A DNA stretch of 61,546 nucleotides from Actinomycetes bacterium (GTDB lineage Bacteria > Actinomycetota > Acidimicrobiia > Acidimicrobiales > JAJYXR01), in NCBI GenBank assembly GCA_021801525.1, contig JAJYXW010000040.1, positions 1-61,546 of the forward strand, written 5' to 3'. Below are positions 36,406-43,269 of this stretch, piece by piece. The first letter of the stretch is position 1. Each line of letters opens with the position of its first letter. Made by a program: the position numbers and the translations under genes. Under the pieces are notes generated by a model, which saw only the letters and a list, made by a program, of their open reading frames with translations, was not told where the DNA came from and did no database searches.

Positions 36406-36666
36406 CTACCGGTCATAGACCTCGCGGCGATTTCCAAGAGCCACGACCACGATCAAGAGCACGTCATCGGCAATGGTGTAGATGATGCGGTAGTCGCCTA
36501 CGCGCACCCGGTAACCAGGGCGGCCTCGCAGAGGTCGGGACGCTGGCGGCCTCGGGTCGTCGGCAAGTAACCCGATTACGCCTTGGATACGGGGACGAAC
36601 TACCGGGTCCAGTTCCCGCAGTGCCCGGGCCGCAGCGGGACGCAACTCAATGCGGTAGGTCGTCAC
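36406..36666 (-). CDS. RelE/ParE-family toxin
   Basis: ..RPLRGRPGYRVRVGDYRIIYTIADDVLLIVVVALGNRREVY. GTGA overlap with the upstream antitoxin gene. Confidence 0.85.
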   Translation of the reverse strand: MTTYRIELRPAAARALRELDPVVRPRIQGVIGLLADDPRPPASRPLRGRPGYRVRVGDYRIIYTIADDVLLIVVVALGNRREVYDR

Positions 36667-36911
36667 TTCCAGCCGAGATCGGCCTTCACCTCATCCCAGG
36701 GAATACTGGGACCTTCCTCTGCCATCGCTGCGTCGAAAGCCTGGGCGTCTTCGGCATCCTCGAGCGCCTCGATCAACTCCTCATACCGTTCGGGGCTGAC
36801 CAGCACCGCTGCAGGCCGGCCATAGCGCTCCAGGAACACCGCTTCGGTGTGGGCCGTCTCCACCGCCTCGGAGAGTCGTTCCCGAGCTTCGCTCACTGCC
36901 ATCTTTGCCAT
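36663..36911 (-). CDS. Phd/YefM-family antitoxin
   Basis: ..VSEARERLSEAVETA..EAVFLERYGRPAAVLVSPERYEEL.. Confidence 0.85.
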   Translation of the reverse strand: MAKMAVSEARERLSEAVETAHTEAVFLERYGRPAAVLVSPERYEELIEALEDAEDAQAFDAAMAEEGPSIPWDEVKADLGWK

Positions 36912-36918
36912 GCACTCT

Positions 36919-36947
36919 ATTGTACAAGAGCTCTATGGAGTTGTACA
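36919..36947 (-). promoter_or_regulatory. putative leaderless promoter/operator of the phd-relE module
   Basis: Minus strand: TGTACA-N15-TGTACAAT. The -10-like TACAAT ends 7 nt before the ATG (36911). The two TGTACA palindromes are spaced 21 bp apart. Confidence 0.45.
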
Positions 36948-36995
36948 GATCGCCGGCAAGAATCGTACTGGCGGTTCGCGCACCGGTCCGATGAT

Positions 36996-37049
36996 GGTGC
37001 GAACCTGTAGGTCACGGAGTCGGTGGGCCGTAGGCGCTCGTATTCGAAC
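36996..37049 (+). repeat. degenerate copy (R0) of the inter-cassette repeat, tentative
   Basis: GGTGC..AGGTC..GTGGGC..GCGCT CGTATTCGAAC has the same block order as R2/R3 and the tRNA junction, but is much diverged. Confidence 0.3.
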
Positions 37050-37199
37050 TTCGATGACATGCACCTTCGCGTGACTCGACTTCACTCAGCGGCGTACCTC
37101 CGTTCGTAGGGACGGATGGCCGGCAATGCTTTCTGCGGGGCGGCGGCGAAGCGGGCTGTGTCGCCCCTCTTGACAAACCTGGCTCGTACTGCCATTGTG

Positions 37200-37484
37200 A
37201 TGCCAATGACTACGACGAAGGAAGACCGGCTCCAGATCCGGGTGGAGCCCAAGGCCAAGCGCCTCCTCGAGGAGGCGGCAGCCGCCAGCCACCTGACCGT
37301 CTCGGCATTCGTCCTTCAAGCAGCTGGAATGAGAGCCGACCAGGTGCTCTTGGACCGCGAGACGATCCGACTGAGCCCGCGAGCAGCGGCCACCTTCGCC
37401 AGCGCTCTCGCGGAGCCCGCAACGGTGAATGAACGCCTGGCCAAGGCATTGACTCGACCCCGCGGCTTCACTTGGGCCGATTAA
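37200..37484 (+). CDS. DUF1778 (TacA-like, RHH) antitoxin
   Basis: ..RLQIRVEPKAKRLLEEAAAASHLTVSAFVLQAA.. Confidence 0.8.
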   Translation: MPMTTTKEDRLQIRVEPKAKRLLEEAAAASHLTVSAFVLQAAGMRADQVLLDRETIRLSPRAAATFASALAEPATVNERLAKALTRPRGFTWAD

Positions 37485-37996
37485 AGCTCTGCCGCCCCGA
37501 GCTCCTCGACGTCGATCGGCACGATCGAGGAAGCTTCGCGTCCACCGACGGGGCCATGAACGAGTGGCTGCGCCGGTACGCGAGGCAGAGCCGGCGAGAC
37601 GACACGGCGGCTACCTGGATCATCGCCACGCCCGAGGGTCGGATCGCGGCGTTTGCCTCACTGAGCATGACGGGCATCGACCGGTCCGAAGCCCCTGCGA
37701 GTCTTGGGAAGGGATCACCCAATCCGGTTCCGGGACTGCTCATTGGGCGGTTGGCGGTCGACCAGGACTTCGAGGGCCGGGGCGTCGGAACCGCCCTCGT
37801 GCAGCATGCCCTGGCCTTGGCCGTCGGGCTGAACATCTCTGCCGCCTGCAAGGCAGTCGTTGTCGTGGCGCTCAATGCCGAGGCCAAGGCTTGGTGGCTA
37901 CGTCTCGGCTTTCACTGCTTCGATGAAGAGGACGACGACTGCTTCGACCTATTCCTCCTGACGGCCGAAATCGAAGAGACGTTCGGTGCAACGTGA
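37472..37996 (+). CDS. GNAT-family acetyltransferase toxin (TacT-like)
   Basis: 13-nt overlap with the DUF1778 gene. ..LIGRLAVDQDFEGRGVGTALVQHAL.. acetyl-CoA-binding motif. Confidence 0.8.
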   Translation: MGRLKLCRPELLDVDRHDRGSFASTDGAMNEWLRRYARQSRRDDTAATWIIATPEGRIAAFASLSMTGIDRSEAPASLGKGSPNPVPGLLIGRLAVDQDFEGRGVGTALVQHALALAVGLNISAACKAVVVVALNAEAKAWWLRLGFHCFDEEDDDCFDLFLLTAEIEETFGAT

Positions 37997-38018
37997 GAGC
38001 GGTGTGGTTGTGGCGGGC

Positions 38019-38053
38019 GGGTTCTGGTGGACCTTGGGTCACACAATACGAGC
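38019..38053 (+). repeat. inter-cassette repeat R1 (core TGGGTCACACAATACGAGC at 38035-38053)
   Basis: The core is shared with R2 and R3. A looser shared tail extends to about 38100. Confidence 0.7.
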
Positions 38054-38144
38054 CGCTCCCCGATCATCGAGGGTCCGGTCGTCGGCCTCGAGCCGGCGGT
38101 CGGTACGCACGCCGCTCACTCGCGAGGTCCAACCTTCACCATAA

Positions 38145-38166
38145 GTAGCACTACTCATGCTACAAT
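38145..38166 (+). promoter_or_regulatory. putative leaderless promoter/operator of phd-vapC module 1
   Basis: Palindrome GTAGCA-N7-TGCTAC overlaps TACAAT (38161-38166), 6 nt before the ATG at 38173. Confidence 0.45.
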
Positions 38167-38172
38167 CACTCC

Positions 38173-38451
38173 ATGACGAGGATCGGCGTACGAGAGTTGC
38201 GCCAGCACGCGAGCCGTTACCTTGAGCAGGTGAAGGCCGGGGAAGTCGTCGAGGTCACCGAGCGGGGAACACTCGTCGCCCTGCTGGTGTCCCCCACTCC
38301 GGCCGTGGCCGAGCGGGACCGCCTAATTGCGTCCGGTCGGCTCGTGCCGGCGAAGAGCGCATTCCGCCTGCCAGAGCGCCGTCATGCCGCCCGTGGAGAG
38401 CAGACCGCGTCTGAAGTCCTAGCTGAGCTCCGCCGGGACCGAATTGCGTGA
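38173..38451 (+). CDS. Phd/YefM-family antitoxin
   Basis: MTRIGVRELRQHASRYLEQVKAGEVVEVTERGTLVALLVSP. Confidence 0.8.
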   Translation: MTRIGVRELRQHASRYLEQVKAGEVVEVTERGTLVALLVSPTPAVAERDRLIASGRLVPAKSAFRLPERRHAARGEQTASEVLAELRRDRIA

Positions 38452-38840
38452 TCTACTTCGACACGTCCGCGCTCGTGAAACTGGTGTTCGAAGAGGCCGA
38501 GAGCTCCGCCTTGGCGGCGTGGCTGACCGAGAGAGCAGACGTTCCCAAAATCAGTAGCGACCTGTCGATGGTTGAACTGCTCCGTACGTGCCGGCGAATC
38601 GACGAGGAGGCGGTCAGGGACGCAGCGCTGCTTCTTGGGGGGATCGACCTTCTTCCCATCGATCGTCCCATCGTCGAACGGGCTGCAACCCTCTTCCCGC
38701 ACGAGCTCCGGATCCTTGACGCGATCCACCTGGCAAGTGCGTTGTCGGTGAGGGCGGATCTGACCACCTTTGTCGTCTACGACAGCCGACTCCGCTCGGC
38801 CGCGACGGAAGCAGGCATCGACGTGGAGTCGCCCGCCTGA
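38448..38840 (+). CDS. vapC: PIN-domain toxin VapC
   Basis: GTGA overlap. IYFDTSALVKL.. plus downstream acidic residues (..DAIHLASAL..). Confidence 0.85.
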   Translation: MIYFDTSALVKLVFEEAESSALAAWLTERADVPKISSDLSMVELLRTCRRIDEEAVRDAALLLGGIDLLPIDRPIVERAATLFPHELRILDAIHLASALSVRADLTTFVVYDSRLRSAATEAGIDVESPA

Positions 38841-38964
38841 TCCGGCTCCTGGCCGGCGAACCACGCCTGTTCCATGGAACTCGGCGGGAACGACCGACGC
38901 ACCACGCTCAGAACCTTCCGTCGAACCGGATCTGGCCCACGCGAATGACGACTGGGTGGCAACA

Positions 38965-39012
38965 GGTTCGTGCAGGTCGAATTTGTGGGCGCTGGTTCAC
39001 ACAATACGAACC
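38965..39012 (+). repeat. inter-cassette repeat R2
   Basis: GTGCAGGTC (38970-38978), GTGGGCGCTG (38985-38994), GGTTCACACAATACGAACC (38994-39012). The tail extends to about 39052. Confidence 0.8.
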
Positions 39013-39113
39013 TCTCTCCGGTGGTTGCCGGATCGCTCATCGACCTTGGCTAAGGGCATCATTTGCCGTAGAACAGCTACACGGTATTGCGGAATGCCTG
39101 CTATGCTGCGTCC

Positions 39114-39401
39114 ATGGCAGACGATCAGACGTTCGTCACTGTGCAAGGCCGGGGTCTCATCGCCATCCCGACCGCCATCCGGCGCCACTTCGGTTTGGAC
39201 CAGCCCGGAGCGCAGCTCGAGGTCATCGAGCGAGAAGGAGAGATCGTGCTGCGCCCACACGTTGCAGTGCCAGCCGACCAGGCGTGGTTCTGGACCGAGC
39301 GCTGGCAGCAGATGGAACGCGAGGCTGACGACGCCATCGCCGCAGGGCAAATCATGACCGTCGAAGGTCTCGAGGAGCTCTTGGCCGACCTCGACTCGTG
39401 A
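39114..39401 (+). CDS. AbrB/MazE/SpoVT-type antitoxin
   Basis: MADDQTFVTVQGRGLIAIPTAIRRHFGL..GAQLEVIEREGEIVLRP. Confidence 0.7.
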   Translation: MADDQTFVTVQGRGLIAIPTAIRRHFGLDQPGAQLEVIEREGEIVLRPHVAVPADQAWFWTERWQQMEREADDAIAAGQIMTVEGLEELLADLDS

Positions 39402-39724
39402 GGTTCGAGCGGACCGAACCATTCAAGGCTGACTACCAGCGACTGTCCGAGGACGAACGCGAGAAGTTCCGCACCGCGGCCCGTGCCTTCAACGCGGCCT
39501 GTGATCACTTCGTCGAGACCAAGGACCCGTCGTCATGGCCAGGCAACCTGCGGGTCAAGGCGGTCGCGAGCGCTCCGGGTATCTTCGAAATGACTTGGAA
39601 CTTCAGCGGGCCTGACGGCCGAGCCACCTGGGAGTGGGTCACGGTCATCGACACTGATGGACGCCATTGGCCGGCGGTGCGCTGGCGCAGACTGGGAGCT
39701 CACCGGATCTTTCGCGAACCATGA
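39398..39724 (+). CDS. putative RelE/ParE-superfamily toxin
   Basis: GTGA overlap with the AbrB-like gene. ..GNLRVKAVASAPGIFEMTWNFSGPDGRATWEW.. resembles RelE-fold toxins. The family assignment is tentative. Confidence 0.5.
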   Translation: MRFERTEPFKADYQRLSEDEREKFRTAARAFNAACDHFVETKDPSSWPGNLRVKAVASAPGIFEMTWNFSGPDGRATWEWVTVIDTDGRHWPAVRWRRLGAHRIFREP

Positions 39725-39835
39725 CCGCCCCAGCCACTCGTCGTGACCTCGATGGCGTTCCGCGAACGCAGACTCACCCCGGTGCCCTCCGGTTCGTATG
39801 GCGTGAACCATGCTCCGCGTTGTTGCTGCTCAGGG

Positions 39836-39879
39836 GTGCCAGTCTACGTGTGTGGGCGCTGGGTCACACAATACGAACT
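39836..39879 (+). repeat. inter-cassette repeat R3
   Basis: GTGCCAGTC (39836-39844), GTGGGCGCTG (39852-39861), GGGTCACACAATACGAACT (39861-39879). The tail extends to about 39918. An inverted imperfect copy of the core lies at 39791-39809. Confidence 0.8.
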
Positions 39880-39965
39880 GTGCCCCCACGATCGCCGGCC
39901 CCAACATCGACCTCGGCTGACAGGGCGACGGGGGCGTTCGATCAGTCTGAGGCCACCCAGAGACT

Positions 39966-39996
39966 CGTAGCTGATCGTAGCTCTGTATGCTACAGT
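39966..39996 (+). promoter_or_regulatory. putative leaderless promoter/operator of phd-vapC module 2
   Basis: CGTAGCT occurs twice (39966, 39976). The GTAGC-N7-GCTAC palindrome overlaps TACAGT (39991-39996), 6 nt before the ATG at 40003. The layout parallels 38145-38166. Confidence 0.45.
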
Positions 39997-40002
39997 CATC
40001 TC

Positions 40003-40251
40003 ATGACAAAGACCATCGCGCAGCGTGAGCTGCGGAACGACAACGCCAAGGTGATCGAGGCCGTCGCCGCTGGCGAGAGCTTCGTCGTCACTCGCAATGG
40101 CGTGCCCGTGGCAGAACTACGTCCGATCCAGCAGACGCGCCGGACCTTTGTGCCTACGGCTGAGCTTCTGGTGCTCGCCGCCACCGGGCCACGGGTCGAC
40201 CGAAAACGATTCAGAGCGGATCTCGACCGGGTCGTCGACCAAGGCCTGTAG
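40003..40251 (+). CDS. Phd/YefM-family antitoxin
   Basis: MTKTIAQRELRNDNAKVIEAVAAGESFVVTRNGVPVAELRP. Confidence 0.8.
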   Translation: MTKTIAQRELRNDNAKVIEAVAAGESFVVTRNGVPVAELRPIQQTRRTFVPTAELLVLAATGPRVDRKRFRADLDRVVDQGL

Positions 40252-40647
40252 ATGCCAACGGGCCTACTCGACACCTCGGTTGTCATTGACTGGGACGATC
40301 CGACGGTTGCTGCTGCCCTTCCAGAAGAGGTCGCTGTGTGTGCGATCACCCTCGCCGAGCTGGCTGCTGGGCCACACCTCGCTACCTCCAGTTCCGAGGG
40401 CGCACGCCGTCAGGCTCGTCTCCAACAGGTAGAGGCGGCCTTCGAGCCACTTCCCTTCGATGCCACCGCGGCTCGGAGCTACGGACAGATCGTGGCCGCC
40501 GTCGCAGAGACGGGTCGGTCACATCGACGGCGCGTTGCCGGCCTGCTCATCGCCGCCACCGCGCACGCCAACGGCTTGGCGCTCTACACCCGAAATCCCG
40601 ACGACTTCGCCGGGCTTAGCGATCTCGTCCACGTCGTCGGCATCTGA
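40252..40647 (+). CDS. vapC: PIN-domain toxin VapC
   Basis: The start codon immediately follows the antitoxin TAG. LLDTSVVID..; ..LLIAATAHANGLALYTRNPDDF. Confidence 0.85.
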   Translation: MPTGLLDTSVVIDWDDPTVAAALPEEVAVCAITLAELAAGPHLATSSSEGARRQARLQQVEAAFEPLPFDATAARSYGQIVAAVAETGRSHRRRVAGLLIAATAHANGLALYTRNPDDFAGLSDLVHVVGI

Positions 40648-40735
40648 CCGCCGAACGGTCACCCCTCTGGTGGAGGAGTACGCGGTTCGCGCAGCGTTCC
40701 GATCACCGACGCGAAGGTGCAGGTCAGGATCCTCG

Positions 40736-40809
40736 TGGGCGCTGCCGGACTCGAACCGACGGCCTGCTGGTTGTAAGCCAGCTGCTCTGACCAACTGAGC
40801 TAAGCGCCC
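40736..40809 (-). tRNA. tRNA-Val (anticodon TAC)
   Basis: Manual cloverleaf: GGGCGCT-TA-GCTC-AGTTGGTCA-GAGC-A-GCTGG-CTTACAA-CCAGC-AGGCC-GTCGG-TTCGAGT-CCGGC-AGCGCCC-A. 74 nt. CCA is not encoded. Confidence 0.9.
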
Positions 40810-40956
40810 GATCTGTGGCTCCTTCTCGGCTGACCATCTTTGCACCAGGTGGCCCCGCGCACCCACGAGCTAGCCTGAGAGAGCCCCGAGAGTCGCGCGC
40901 ACACGCCTGAGCCGGGCAGCTTTCGCCACGCACCCTCCTTCCGCTAGACCAGCACC

Positions 40957-43155
40957 GTGACGACAGGGCGGAACGATCGAGGACGAGCAGCGAGGCCGGG
41001 CCCAGCGGGGCCGGCACACGGCCCCCGGCGCGCCAAGAGCTCCAGGCGGCATCGCTCCCTTCGCTACCGGCGAATCCGCTCGCTCGGGTTCCTCACCGCA
41101 CTCGTCGCCGGCGTGCTCGTCGCTCTCCTGCTCAGCTCAGGCGGGCCGCCTGCCACCGGGCACCGTGCCACAGAATCCCGCCCCCGTGCGATATCCACAG
41201 GTGAATCCAACGTCGGCGCCTCGGGCATACCTGCCGCTGAGTCCGGGCAGCTCCCCTGGTCGCTGCCCAACCCCATCAGCCGCCTGACGCTGCTCCCAGG
41301 TCCGGCTCCCAACCAGCTCGTCATCCTCGGAGGCCTACTGCCTTCGGGCAGCTCTGCGAGCGGTGTCTACACGCTCGGCACAGCAAATGGGCGCCTGACT
41401 TGGGTCGCGAACCTCAGCGCACCGTCGCACGACGCCTCCGGGGTCGCCCTGGCAGGAACGGACATCCTCTTCGGCGGCGGTAACGCCTCTGGATCGGTGG
41501 CGACAGTCCAGTCGCTCCCCGCCGCCGCTTACCCGGCCACGAACCCGACGGCAACCCGGCCGGGGCTCACAGCTCGAGTGACGGGTCAGCTGCCGCAGCT
41601 TCGGTCGGACTCGTCTTCCCTCGTCATGGGTTCCACCGCATACGTGATCGGCGGCTACAACGGCACCACGGGCGACCGCTCCGTACTGGCTATCGACTTG
41701 GCGAGCACAAGCCCGAGCACCAGCGGCATGAGCTTCCGCACCGTGGCGACCCTGCCTGTCGCCGTCCGCTACGCGGGCGTTGCCGCGCTCGGCGGGAAGA
41801 TCCTCGTATTCGGAGGACTCGGCGTGAGCGGGCCTGACGCCGGCAAGCCGATAGCGAGCATCCAGGAGGTGGACCCGGCGACCGGAAAGGCGAGCATCGT
41901 GGGCACCCTCCCGGAACCCCTCTACGGGGCAGCCGCAGCCAACCTTGGCGGCGTCGTGTACCTGGCCGGTGGGATGACCGGCGCCAGTGGCGCGACCGGA
42001 TCGGGCTTGCATCCCGTCGCGACGATTTGGGCGTACGACCCCTCCACCCGCCAAGTGCTTCGCGCCGGGCAGCTTCGCGTACCCGTAGCCCACGCGGGCG
42101 CAGCGGTCATCGGCAACCGGATGTGGCTGATCGGGGGCAAGTCAACCGGTGGGACCGCGGTTGCAGCAGCGCAGATGGTCGAGCCCAACCGCACCTTCGG
42201 AACCGCAGGCGCACCCGGGGCAGGATCGCCATACTTCGGCGAGAAGCTGCTCGTGGCCGACGAGGGCAACAACCGCCTCCTCCTGCTGTCCGACACCTCC
42301 AGGATCCTATGGACCTACCCTTCGCAAAGCGCGCCTGCTCCCCCCGGGGGATTTAGCGCGGACGACGCCTTCTTCGCTCGCCACGGCACCATGATCGTCA
42401 CCAACGAGGAGACCAAGGACGTCCTCGCGGAGGTCGCGTACCCCTCGGGGAAGATCCTCTGGACCTACGGTCACTTCGGCGTGCGCGGCAGCGCGCCCGG
42501 TTATCTCAATACCCCCGACGACGCGTACCTCCTGCCCGACGGCAACGTCGTGACAGCGGACATCGCCAACTGCCGAGTAATCGTGATTGATCCCAAGACC
42601 GACCAGATCGTCACCCAGATCGGCACGACGGGCCGCTGCATCCACGACATGGACAAGCCCATAGCGCTCGGTTCACCGAACGGTGACACACCGCTCCCGA
42701 ACGGCAACATCCTCGTTTCGGAGATAAACGGCTCCTACGTGGACGAGTTCACCCCTCAGGGCAAGCCGCTCTGGTCGGTCCACCTTCCGATCTCCTACCC
42801 TTCAGACCCCCAGCAGATCGGGCCGAACCGCTACCTCATCGCCGGCTACACCAAGCCCGGCAGCCTGCTCGAGTTCAACCGCCAGGGCCAGGTGCTGTTC
42901 CGATACCAGCCGACTTCGGGACCTGGCATGCTCGACCACCCGTCGCTCGTCGAGATGCTCCCGAACGGGATACTGATGTTGAACGACGACCACAACGACC
43001 GCATGATCGCCATCGACCCGGCAACCGGCGCACTCGTGTGGCAGTACGGCGTCACCCATACTCCGGGCATCGCGCCCGGGATGCTGAACGAGCCCGACGG
43101 GTTCGACATCCTTGCACCGGGAGGGCTGACCCCGACCCACACCGGCACCGGCTGA
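40957..43155 (+). CDS. membrane-anchored/secreted protein with two predicted beta-propeller regions (Kelch-like, then ASST/NHL-like), unknown function
   Basis: N-terminal TM LGFLTALVAGVLVALLL. Repeated ..(F/I/A)GG.. blades (ILFGGGN, YVIGGYNGT, LVFGGLG, YLAGGMTG, WLIGGKS). These are followed by ..LLVADEGNNRLLLL.., ..VTADIANCRVIVID.., ..MLNDDHNDRMIAID... Non-ATG start. Confidence 0.55.
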   Translation: MTTGRNDRGRAARPGPAGPAHGPRRAKSSRRHRSLRYRRIRSLGFLTALVAGVLVALLLSSGGPPATGHRATESRPRAISTGESNVGASGIPAAESGQLPWSLPNPISRLTLLPGPAPNQLVILGGLLPSGSSASGVYTLGTANGRLTWVANLSAPSHDASGVALAGTDILFGGGNASGSVATVQSLPAAAYPATNPTATRPGLTARVTGQLPQLRSDSSSLVMGSTAYVIGGYNGTTGDRSVLAIDLASTSPSTSGMSFRTVATLPVAVRYAGVAALGGKILVFGGLGVSGPDAGKPIASIQEVDPATGKASIVGTLPEPLYGAAAANLGGVVYLAGGMTGASGATGSGLHPVATIWAYDPSTRQVLRAGQLRVPVAHAGAAVIGNRMWLIGGKSTGGTAVAAAQMVEPNRTFGTAGAPGAGSPYFGEKLLVADEGNNRLLLLSDTSRILWTYPSQSAPAPPGGFSADDAFFARHGTMIVTNEETKDVLAEVAYPSGKILWTYGHFGVRGSAPGYLNTPDDAYLLPDGNVVTADIANCRVIVIDPKTDQIVTQIGTTGRCIHDMDKPIALGSPNGDTPLPNGNILVSEINGSYVDEFTPQGKPLWSVHLPISYPSDPQQIGPNRYLIAGYTKPGSLLEFNRQGQVLFRYQPTSGPGMLDHPSLVEMLPNGILMLNDDHNDRMIAIDPATGALVWQYGVTHTPGIAPGMLNEPDGFDILAPGGLTPTHTGTG

Positions 43156-43181
43156 CAGCACTGTTGGGCAGATCACCCTGG

Positions 43182-43226
43182 CTCCTACCACCAACGGCTC
43201 CTGCCACCAACGGCTCCTGCCAGCCA
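43182..43226. repeat. 16-bp tandem repeat, about 2.8 copies (CTCCT(A/G)CCACCAACGG), in a convergent intergenic region
   Basis: Read directly between the stop at 43155 and the dapE stop at 43270. Confidence 0.85.
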
Positions 43227-43269
43227 TCCTGGCTGCAACCTAGGAGCATCTGCGGATCTGCCTGGGTGG

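Noticed and set aside
37996-39918. Classical integron (attC sites plus intI).
   Set aside because: The repeats do not match the attC R''/R' consensus (RYYYAAC...GTTRRRY). The arm order is the opposite (GTTCG...CGAAC). No integrase gene or attI is present in the window. Only the architectural analogy is retained in the findings.
38945-39970. ORFs 38945..39328 and 39743..39970, which translate the repeat core as (R)W(F/V)TQYE.
   Set aside because: The shared peptide is just the repeat read in one frame. The rest of these ORFs is Arg/Pro-rich, they overlap real TA genes, and they lack start contexts.
36353-40735. Integrase, transposase, phage or conjugation genes that would define a conventional genomic island at tRNA-Val.
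   Set aside because: None of the ORFs in any frame shows recombinase, transposase or phage motifs. Only TA genes and repeats are present.
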